The notes under the pieces are model-generated. The model did not search any database. It worked only from the letters and a program-made list of their open reading frames with translations, and was not told where the DNA came from. From a virus (Duplodnaviria; Caudoviricetes), in IMG/VR virus record IMGVR_UViG_3300014204_000004, positions 1 to 64,000 of that record: DNA of 64,000 nt. The stretch is one strand, 5' to 3'. Positions 56,621 through 64,000 of this stretch are shown here, one piece after another. Position 1 is the first letter of the stretch. Every line of letters starts with the position of its first letter. A program made the position numbers and the translations under genes.

Positions 56621-57128
56621 CGTTCTTCCCCCTTACTTTACGTAAACCGATTTCCATAGCCACGTTCATCTCCACCGACCTTGTTGCATACTCGCCGAGG
56701 CAGAATACGTTGAAGTACATATCGAGTACGGTACGTACCTCGTTGTCATCTTTGTCAATCTCAACCTCGCCATTCTCATCGATAGCACCTTCAAAGCCAG
56801 TCTCAAGCATTTCTTGTGCCTTTTGAATGTGCTCGTCGGTCACTGTCTTGTAATGGAAGGACTCGAGCCACTCTTTCGTCATCTTGTAGTTCTCGTCATC
56901 GCCAGTATCAGGCTTAACGTAGTCTTTGTACCTCTTGACAGCATCGACTGCCATCTTGAACTTGTCTGGAAGGAACTCTAAGAGCTTGACGCCGTCCACC
57001 AGATTGTCTTCTGCGTACTCACCTTGAGAGTCTGCCAGTTTAGCAAGCACTGTCTCAGCAGACTCGGCCTCAAATATGTACCACATGGCTTCAAAGTTGC
57101 TCATGACCCACGCTACAAATTTTTTCAT
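56601..57128 (-). CDS. Hypothetical acidic protein
   Basis: AAGGAGGT RBS. Confidence 0.6.
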   Translation of the reverse strand: MKKFVAWVMSNFEAMWYIFEAESAETVLAKLADSQGEYAEDNLVDGVKLLEFLPDKFKMAVDAVKRYKDYVKPDTGDDENYKMTKEWLESFHYKTVTDEHIQKAQEMLETGFEGAIDENGEVEIDKDDNEVRTVLDMYFNVFCLGEYATRSVEMNVAMEIGLRKVRGKNDAKKND

Positions 57129-57129
57129 A

Positions 57130-57474
57130 CTACCTCCTTAGCATTTGTTTATCGAATGACACCGGAATGTATCTCACATAGTCAGCATAGAATTTTCCAG
57201 GTGCCGCTCCACGTATCTTGGCTAACTCTGCCGCCGCCTCTGGATGTGAATCACGTTTTTGAAAGCAGAGCCACACACGGCAGGACAGTAGCTTTATGGT
57301 ACAACCTGTCTCCTTGTTGAGATACTCACACCCTTTACAGCACCAGTGAGTATCACAATCTTTGCATGGGTTATACTTCTTCAGCACCGCTGTCGCCATG
57401 TCGTACATTTTAAAATAATAGAAGAGCGAATCGTATAGAGGCATTACGAACCCACCTCTGTTTCGATGTACCAC
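57130..57474 (-). CDS. Cys-cluster protein
   Basis: PCKDC...CCKGCEYL...GCT...LSCRVWLC. Confidence 0.55.
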   Translation of the reverse strand: MVHRNRGGFVMPLYDSLFYYFKMYDMATAVLKKYNPCKDCDTHWCCKGCEYLNKETGCTIKLLSCRVWLCFQKRDSHPEAAAELAKIRGAAPGKFYADYVRYIPVSFDKQMLRR

Positions 57475-57944
57475 ATATCGTCTTTAGTATAAGACAACGT
57501 GGTGACACGACCGCCTCTGAACTCATCACCTCGTGAAAGCTTCTGACCTGGTAGTGAGAGCATTTGCTTGGTGCTTATGCAGTATTGTCTGAACAGACGA
57601 CCGTTGAATACCTTTTCAAGAACTTCTTTTGTCACTGCGTAGATGACGCCCTCTTGTGCCTCGATATCGACCACCGTCGCATCGATTGTCTCTGCTGAGG
57701 CGTTAGCCAGAAGACGCATGAGATGTTCAAGTGCCACAAAACTCATTGCCTCCTGACCCTGCAGTATCAGGTGTATTCTGTTCTTGGTTGTTGGGCTTGA
57801 GAACTGAGCCACCACGACCTTGATACCCTGGAAAGGATTGAGCATCATTCTGCCGAGAAACTGTACCAGTTCGTTGTTGCTTTCTTCCTGCTCGAACCCG
57901 TACGGCATGACTGCCATGAGATGCACGTCTTTTACATTGCTCAT
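57444..57944 (-). CDS. Hypothetical protein
   Basis: AAGGAGGT RBS; coupled. Confidence 0.6.
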   Translation of the reverse strand: MSNVKDVHLMAVMPYGFEQEESNNELVQFLGRMMLNPFQGIKVVVAQFSSPTTKNRIHLILQGQEAMSFVALEHLMRLLANASAETIDATVVDIEAQEGVIYAVTKEVLEKVFNGRLFRQYCISTKQMLSLPGQKLSRGDEFRGGRVTTLSYTKDDMWYIETEVGS

Positions 57945-58396
57945 GTTAAAACCTCCTTCTCAGTATATTCAGTAACCACCAATAGACAGTCATCTTTGTA
58001 CTCCATTACTTTGCCTGTCACTTTCTCGTATATCTCAGCGATATACTCGCCAGTTGTCTGTGCAAGCACCTCTTTTATCTCTTCGATTGCCTCGTCACAG
58101 GTCATGGTTCTTGTCGAGAACATTGTGCGAACCTCCTTTTTGACACGCTTGCAGTCGGGGTCTACCAGACCGACAGGCTTGTCGATATGCTTGTCGAGCA
58201 GTGCCTTAAAGTCACGTCTGAAATTGTTCTGGTCACTGAGCAGTTCGTTCAGAATATACTGTACCTCGTTGGCTTGAAAGTCGTTGGCATCTGTGACGTG
58301 TGAGTCCAGATACTCTACTGCAAACTCTCTGAGCATACTTGACTCAATGAGGTAATCGTAAATAGCGGCCTTGGTTATGTCTCTCATCTTTGGCAT
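57941..58396 (-). CDS. Hypothetical protein
   Basis: AAGGAGG RBS. Confidence 0.6.
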   Translation of the reverse strand: MPKMRDITKAAIYDYLIESSMLREFAVEYLDSHVTDANDFQANEVQYILNELLSDQNNFRRDFKALLDKHIDKPVGLVDPDCKRVKKEVRTMFSTRTMTCDEAIEEIKEVLAQTTGEYIAEIYEKVTGKVMEYKDDCLLVVTEYTEKEVLT

Positions 58397-58408
58397 TGAA
58401 CTTCCTCC

Positions 58409-58615
58409 TTATTTATGTGTGACTATGAAAAGTAATCCACCCAGGGCGAGACCTATATTAGAACTCAACCCACCGTATAACGCACCCATCACCGGTGTAG
58501 TATCAGCAGGTGCAATAAGCACAGTGATGGCACCACAGATACAGGCTCCGGCAATCATGTACGCATAAAGCTTAAGCATTGTCCTTGACCTCTTCTTTAG
58601 GGCACTTGTTGTCAC
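58409..58615 (-). CDS. Small two-TM membrane protein
   Basis: Two hydrophobic helices. Confidence 0.5.
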   Translation of the reverse strand: MTTSALKKRSRTMLKLYAYMIAGACICGAITVLIAPADTTPVMGALYGGLSSNIGLALGGLLFIVTHK

Positions 58616-58744
58616 CTGTCATGAAGCAGTAGCCGTTTATCTTCTTATCTGTAGCACCAACATAGAAGCCTACGTATGGGCAGTCGAATGTGTCAGCGTC
58701 TTTCTCGGTACAGGGTACTGGTAACTTAGGACATATCATCATGG

Positions 58745-58915
58745 CTACGCCACCCTGTGAGAACGATGCTTCTCACCGCATTTGGGGCACTTGAATGTCA
58801 GCACGTCACGACCTATATAATCCTCTTCTATGTTGAGCACCTCAACCTCGCGCTCGTCAATCCATTCTTTGGTGCATGACAGCAACACTTGTACTGGAGC
58901 ATAATAACGTGCCAT
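58745..58915 (-). CDS. Small zinc-ribbon protein, 56 aa (below ORF-track cutoff)
   Basis: MARYYAPVQVLLSCTKEW...EED..GRDVLTFKCPKCGEKHRS. Confidence 0.5.
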   Translation of the reverse strand: MARYYAPVQVLLSCTKEWIDEREVEVLNIEEDYIGRDVLTFKCPKCGEKHRSHRVA

Positions 58916-59284
58916 TTAGCACCCCCTTATATCTGATATGCCAGTCAGTGTGTAGTTGTCCTCCCATTTACACTCACAATCGAGGCACACGCAAGCCAAG
59001 GTAACAGCGCCAGACTTGATGACAGGCAAACCGTAGTCTGTTACTGCATCTGTACGACCACAGAAGGGGCAGACTAGACCTCCTGCTTTGAGGTACTCTT
59101 TCTTCTGTTCCTCCGAGAGAGGCAGCCTCACCCATTGAAGATTGAACTCGTTCTTGGGCAGGTGAATCTTGCTCTTTTCAGCATACGCAAATTTTTTGGC
59201 AGGGGAACTATCACTAGTCCAGCCCTTCTCTTGCGACCAATATAACACGTCTTTGCCTTCTTGCTTTCTGGCTATGACCCACAT
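58916..59284 (-). CDS. Zinc-ribbon protein
   Basis: YL..GG..CPFCG...C.DC...W...Y. Confidence 0.6.
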   Translation of the reverse strand: MWVIARKQEGKDVLYWSQEKGWTSDSSPAKKFAYAEKSKIHLPKNEFNLQWVRLPLSEEQKKEYLKAGGLVCPFCGRTDAVTDYGLPVIKSGAVTLACVCLDCECKWEDNYTLTGISDIRGC

Positions 59285-59305
59285 CTTGTTCCTCCTTATT
59301 GATTC

Positions 59306-59668
59306 TTACGGGTTGAGCTTTCTGTTTATGTAGTCGAGCCTGAACCTGAACGCATCGTTCTCGTGCTGAAAGTAGGCGAAGATACCGCCGAACTCATCAG
59401 ACGACACCGCGTACCAGTCTTTAGGACCAATATCATTGTGCCACTGACCCGGTGCATGTACCGTTACATTGTCAAGCAAGTCAAAGAGGTCATCTATCTC
59501 AACCTCTTCGAGTTCATAGTCATAGTAGCGTGACTTAGGGAAGGCATGGTCTTGAAAGAACAGTGTGTACAGTTTTTTGTCACCACTGACCTCCAGCTTA
59601 ACCATCTTACCCAGCTTGTTATAATGAGGTGTGCTTGGTACTCTAACGCGATACATTTTCTTCGGCAT
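59306..59668 (-). CDS. Hypothetical protein
   Basis: AAGGAGGT RBS. Confidence 0.6.
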   Translation of the reverse strand: MPKKMYRVRVPSTPHYNKLGKMVKLEVSGDKKLYTLFFQDHAFPKSRYYDYELEEVEIDDLFDLLDNVTVHAPGQWHNDIGPKDWYAVSSDEFGGIFAYFQHENDAFRFRLDYINRKLNP

Positions 59669-60947
59669 TCTTTACCTCCTTATCGATTTCTTTGAGCCAC
59701 TTTGATACGACCTTGTTCTGCTGTGATGTGCATGACTTGTTGCATGACTGGAACTTCTGCACGATGCGCTTGGTTGCAGGGTCGTACTGTATATCAACCT
59801 CGCGCTTGTCATTGAGACGCAGACTAATGATAGGATATTTGCCATCAGAGTAGCCAGCTACACAGTTGTGCATCTTCTTGCCTTCAGACACGAACTCTTC
59901 TTCGCTGGATAGCAAAACGAAATCGTAACCATCGATTGTTCTGTTGAGGTACTGATACGCCTCGACTGTTCTTTCCAAGGTCATCTTGCGCCTGTCTATC
60001 TCTGCCTTGTCACGTATGGCACGCATCTGTTCTTCGATACGTATATGCTCAGTGACAATTCTACGCAGGGCTACAACGTTCAGACGTAGGTCATCAAAGG
60101 TGGTGTGCGTGATGAAGCAGTGGTCTACGAACGTACTGTTGTGTCTGTTCAATATTGGAATGAGCTTATCACAGTCCTCTTTGCTGAGTAGCCTGTCAAT
60201 AAACTTGTTAGTGACCTCTTCTTGCGATGCGAGATACGTTAACTGAATCACGTGTGTCTTGGACTTAAGCGTTCTCAAGGCACGTAGTATATGACCTTTG
60301 TCAAGATACTGCATACCAGATTTAATGTGCCGTATATAGTTGGCGTTCAGATGCCTGACTTCTTTGTATATGGATTCAGGCAGACGAACCATGTTTGCAG
60401 GTGTCAGTGCTTTGAGGTCAACAAAGTCGTTAGCACACCAGTTTCTATAGGACAGGCGCACGAACTTGTTAGTGAACGTAGGCACATCATTCAGAAGGTA
60501 GGTAATCTGAGGTGATTGCACTAAGTACCACATGAACACAAGGTACTCTCGCAGACCATCGTAGCACTTTTTGACAGGCACTAATGCCTCAAGCATATCG
60601 AGATTGAGTGGAAAGAGTTTGCCAAAGACCGTGTCATACAGACCAAACAGAGCATCGATGACTTTCACTGCCTGATTGTTGTGTCTGGTCATTCTAGGCA
60701 GACGACAATCAGCACTTGTGGACCACTTGAAAGGCACTACGTCTATGAACACGCCGTACTTAGGTGACTTTGTAAGTGTTGCTTTGCCATTTCTGAGCAA
60801 TAGACTGTGTATATCCATGCGATGAAAGTCAAAGATGAGGTAGCGTTCGTCAGATTTATCTAGTCCATCGAACATGAAATTTTTGAGGATGAATATGCCA
60901 TGCTCTTCGTCTAACCAGTACTGACCACCAATATCAAATTGCTTCAC
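59643..60947 (-). CDS. PcfJ-like domain protein
   Basis: C-terminal EG..MHNCV.GY...I.SLR......I.......I.Q....CN. Confidence 0.75.
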   Translation of the reverse strand: MKQFDIGGQYWLDEEHGIFILKNFMFDGLDKSDERYLIFDFHRMDIHSLLLRNGKATLTKSPKYGVFIDVVPFKWSTSADCRLPRMTRHNNQAVKVIDALFGLYDTVFGKLFPLNLDMLEALVPVKKCYDGLREYLVFMWYLVQSPQITYLLNDVPTFTNKFVRLSYRNWCANDFVDLKALTPANMVRLPESIYKEVRHLNANYIRHIKSGMQYLDKGHILRALRTLKSKTHVIQLTYLASQEEVTNKFIDRLLSKEDCDKLIPILNRHNSTFVDHCFITHTTFDDLRLNVVALRRIVTEHIRIEEQMRAIRDKAEIDRRKMTLERTVEAYQYLNRTIDGYDFVLLSSEEEFVSEGKKMHNCVAGYSDGKYPIISLRLNDKREVDIQYDPATKRIVQKFQSCNKSCTSQQNKVVSKWLKEIDKEVKNAEENVSR

Positions 60948-60977
60948 GTGTTACCTCCTTTCAAATGGAGTTGCTTA

Positions 60978-61190
60978 TTATAGTTCTACCTTGCAGGATA
61001 CGCCTACAATGATATCTCTGTACCTGCTGTCACCCAGAATCAACATAGAGACTGTCTCGCACCTGATATCCGATACATCAATGCCTGTTATGTTCTTGAA
61101 CTCTGTGATTGCCGCCATTATCTTCTTCTCTGCCTCTTTCCTTGCATGTAAAATCTCAGCCATTGTGGGATTCTTCTCGTTCGCGCTCAT
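60978..61190 (-). CDS. Hypothetical protein
   Basis: Coupled small ORF. Confidence 0.5.
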   Translation of the reverse strand: MSANEKNPTMAEILHARKEAEKKIMAAITEFKNITGIDVSDIRCETVSMLILGDSRYRDIIVGVSCKVEL

Positions 61191-61504
61191 CTTATATACA
61201 CCTCGTCAAGTGTCTCAAATTTTTCCCACTCACCATCGAGTGGCAGGTTGTACTTCTCTTTCTCAAGGTGAGTAAACATATCGTAGAACATATCGACCCA
61301 ACCCCATATATTCGACCAGTGCAGATTGTGGTCGCTCTTGCATCGAATGATATACAGTTCTACCTCACCTTTGCCGTCACACGTTCTGCATCCAACGAGC
61401 ACACCTCTGAGCTTACGCATCAAGCGTACCTCGCCTGTCTTCTCATCGTAGATAAGCCCGTTGCTTCTGAACTTACCTTTGCCGTCACAATCGAAGCATT
61501 TCAT
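61187..61504 (-). CDS. Protein with CxxCxGxG zinc motifs
   Basis: CFDCDGKG...CRTCDGKG. Confidence 0.55.
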   Translation of the reverse strand: MKCFDCDGKGKFRSNGLIYDEKTGEVRLMRKLRGVLVGCRTCDGKGEVELYIIRCKSDHNLHWSNIWGWVDMFYDMFTHLEKEKYNLPLDGEWEKFETLDEVYIR

Positions 61505-62091
61505 TATGCGCTTTCCTCCGTGCCGCTGGTAGCGTGTTGTTTACTCTCAGCCTCAAGTTTACGCTCAGCCTCACGCTCGATTTTTCTAAGAGCTACACTG
61601 TACTCATACTGTCGGTCTCTGAGCGTCTGATTCAAGTCGCCCAGGCTACGCCGTGCCTCTGCAAGTAGATTGAACAGATGCTTGTCTTTCTCGTGACAAC
61701 TGGCGGCATTTCTGATTGCGTAGGTAGTGGTCAACCTATCGGTAATAATCTTGGTCACGCTATCGACCGCCTCTTTCACGTACCTCGCGTCCCAGTCTTT
61801 GATTTCGATATGCACATCGTTGAGGTCTACGATGTGTTCCATCGCGTCTTCTATTCCGTTGGCCACGTACCACGCCAATGCTGTGCTTAAGTCGAGGTTG
61901 GGATTGCAACCACACTCTTTAGGACAGCTACGCACCTTAGACAGATTTGCAGGTGTCACCTCAGTCTCGCACTTGTGGCACAACAGACGCAGACCTGCCT
62001 CGGCTTTGTTAATATCGGCTATGTACTTCTCGAACTGCTTCTTGGTGGGCAACAGTATTCTTTTCAGCTTGTTGTCTTCCTTACTGGTCAT
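61504..62091 (-). CDS. Hypothetical zinc-binding protein, paralogue of 62081-62647
   Basis: CHKC...CPKECGCN..L...TALAW. Confidence 0.65.
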   Translation of the reverse strand: MTSKEDNKLKRILLPTKKQFEKYIADINKAEAGLRLLCHKCETEVTPANLSKVRSCPKECGCNPNLDLSTALAWYVANGIEDAMEHIVDLNDVHIEIKDWDARYVKEAVDSVTKIITDRLTTTYAIRNAASCHEKDKHLFNLLAEARRSLGDLNQTLRDRQYEYSVALRKIEREAERKLEAESKQHATSGTEESA

Positions 62092-62647
62092 TGCTTGCCT
62101 CCTTCTTAGCCTCTTGGTACTTTATGTACTCCAGGTCACGATTGTATGTGCTCAACCTACTACTCAGTTTGCGTATCAAGGTGCGTATCCAGAAGTAGGT
62201 GTCGTTGCACATCTGACCAAGCTTGTCGGTCTGTTCGTGCTGGTCACAGACACGCATGAACGAGAAGATGATAGACGCGATGTTGGTAAGTTCCTTTATG
62301 GCGGTATCGAACTCGTATGTTATGTCGTTCGTTTCAAAGTGGCTTGGTGCGGCACACATATCTTTGAGGTACTTCATTGAGTCGTCTGCTTTTCTCAGTA
62401 ACTCAGCTATCTCCCAGGCAAGTGCGGTGTCTGTGCCAAGGTCCTTATTACAGCGGCACTCTCTTGGACAGAGAATCAACGCGTGAAGTTTGGCTTTGGT
62501 GTAAAAGCCAAGTGCAGACTTGCACTTGTGGCAATATGCTCTGAAATTGTACTCCCTTGTACCTATGTCTTTGATAAACTCGTTTATGTCCTTGACCTTG
62601 AATAACAATCTGCTCCGTTGCAACTTGCGAACCTCTTTGTCAGTCAT
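62081..62647 (-). CDS. Hypothetical zinc-binding protein, paralogue of 61504-62091
   Basis: CHKC...CPRECRCN..L...TALAW. Confidence 0.65.
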   Translation of the reverse strand: MTDKEVRKLQRSRLLFKVKDINEFIKDIGTREYNFRAYCHKCKSALGFYTKAKLHALILCPRECRCNKDLGTDTALAWEIAELLRKADDSMKYLKDMCAAPSHFETNDITYEFDTAIKELTNIASIIFSFMRVCDQHEQTDKLGQMCNDTYFWIRTLIRKLSSRLSTYNRDLEYIKYQEAKKEASNDQ

Positions 62648-62840
62648 CTGTCACCTCGTTTGTCTTTTCGTAACACACCTCACAGTACAACTTGCCATCT
62701 TCCTCACTGACAATGCTATCGTCTACATTGTACCACTGACCACACTTGGCGCATTTGAACTCGTCAACGTAGGTACGGTAGGTCATGTCGCTACTTCTGC
62801 GCCTCATACCATCTTCACTGTACCTCACCTCACGGGGCAT
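62640..62840 (-). CDS. Small zinc-finger protein
   Basis: CAKCG...YCEVCY. Confidence 0.5.
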   Translation of the reverse strand: MPREVRYSEDGMRRRSSDMTYRTYVDEFKCAKCGQWYNVDDSIVSEEDGKLYCEVCYEKTNEVTDD

Positions 62841-63064
62841 GTCGTCACCTCACGCAGTATTTCTCTGTCTCGTAGAATCTTCACGTACTGGTTATACACA
62901 GACTGTTTGTTGCCTCGCAGACCAAACTCTTTCTTGATTGCACCATAAGCAGACTTGCCACTGCTATGTGCCATGCCTTTAATCTCAAGTGTAAGAGCCG
63001 CCTTAAGAGCGAGTAAACGGTAAGCTTCGATACTTGAACCAGTTAAAACTTGCGTATCATTCAT
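62825..63064 (-). CDS. Hypothetical protein (start MNDTQ; the ORF-track extension runs into the structured RNA)
   Basis: AAGGAGG RBS before the ATG at 63064. Confidence 0.6.
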   Translation of the reverse strand: MNDTQVLTGSSIEAYRLLALKAALTLEIKGMAHSSGKSAYGAIKKEFGLRGNKQSVYNQYVKILRDREILREVTTCPVR

Positions 63065-63085
63065 GTGCCCTCCTTCGGCGCGTAT

Positions 63086-64000
63086 AAAAAAGAGAGGTGA
63101 GGTAGACGAGGAGAGGTGAGCTTGTCGTTTCATCAGGCCACTCATGATCGCCCTCCGCGGTAGCTACGCGCTACACTCACCTCGACACATTCTAATGCCA
63201 CCTCAAGGTTGCGACCCTTGCTCAGTAAAGATGACAATTGTGCCACTACCTCATCTACCTCTTATAACCCCTCAAATACAACCACTACTCTTGTACTACG
63301 CCTCGATATTATAAACTACTCTGGTTACTACGGATCAGTTTGTATACTCTCACAACTCAAGTAAGCCACGAACTCAGCGTGGTACTCACTACACAAATGG
63401 TGCAGGTTCAATGTGAGCTAGAATAAATTCTACCTCTGCAACATAACCACACTCACCAGTGGTACATCTATATGCACCACGTATTACAAAGTTTAATACC
63501 TGAACTACCTAAAACCTCGTATTAAAATGCACGTAAAACCTCATTAAACCAATAACTCAGGTTATTAATACCTGTACATGATATTACCTCCTTATATTAC
63601 CACTAACCAAACCACATCAGCCACCTAACCACAGTCTAATAAGGTAGAATTGAACCAGTCTAGCCACGAAAAGAGCATACTACGGGAAGCACTGATAAAC
63701 CTGAATAGTATAACTTCCCTGCGTATGTATACTTATACTCGTTATTTCTTTACTTACCTCTTTAACCTCTATTCTTTTCAATCTACTCTTGCATATTCAC
63801 ACACAGTAGAGAACATAACAAAATGAGGTAAGGGCATAGTCAAGTATAGCCAAAAGTATGCCAGGTTATAGTCAAAATTACGTTTCCATGTATAAAACGT
63901 GTATAAAAGGTGGCACGGTCTAATCCTTATTTGTACCTAGCCCTCTACCTCGTCTGACATGGTAGCAAGGGAATCAGCTATACCTACTACTTCAGCCTTG
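63086..64000 (-). ncRNA. Large multi-domain structured RNA candidate (may extend beyond the window)
   Basis: No ORF of 60 aa or more. Many stems with G-U pairs on the - strand, including long-range 63249-61/63099-111 (13 bp), 63642-51/63426-35 (10 bp) and 63825-32/63753-60 (8 bp); ends in U6. Confidence 0.6.

Noticed and set aside
63142-63579. RBS-led frame (ATG 63579) with 13 internal stops, as a recoded or hypermutated gene
   Set aside because: All three stop types occur, other genes use the standard code, and the region is better explained by dense RNA stems.

Overview
This window is a 64-kb piece of a large tailed dsDNA bacteriophage genome (standard genetic code, strong AGGAGG Shine-Dalgarno sites, host-type sigma70 promoters). 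Positions 1-10.15 kb (+ strand) hold the end of the virion module (tail protein, DUF2793 protein, two long tail-fibre/spike genes, collagen-like protein) and the lysis genes (permuted NlpC/P60 enzyme, M15-type endolysin, lipoprotein). Positions 10.2-63.1 kb (- strand) hold recombination and replication genes: SbcCD/gp46-47-like nuclease, Holliday resolvase, RtcB, RecA, gp32-like SSB, UvsY-like protein, clamp loader, UDG-PolA fusion, beta clamp, primase, SF2 and DnaB helicases, and a 5'-3' exonuclease. They also hold nucleotide-metabolism genes, a plasmid-type Rep with iterons, an amidoligase/GATase/GGCT cluster and many small early genes. The most striking feature is a stand-alone Cas7/RAMP-like gene (50642-51292) flanked on both sides by about 1 kb of non-coding DNA with a 5-nt GY-NNN periodicity punctuated by 6-nt steps. 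This is a candidate phage RNA-guided system with no CRISPR array (VIPR-like). The window is also unusually rich in structured non-coding RNA: three tandem RNAs between recA and rtcB, two tRNA mimics sharing a 7+6 bp acceptor/T-arm and lacking a normal anticodon loop, a 100-nt rod, and a multi-domain RNA of at least 0.9 kb at the right edge. All calls come from reading motifs by eye; no searches were run.
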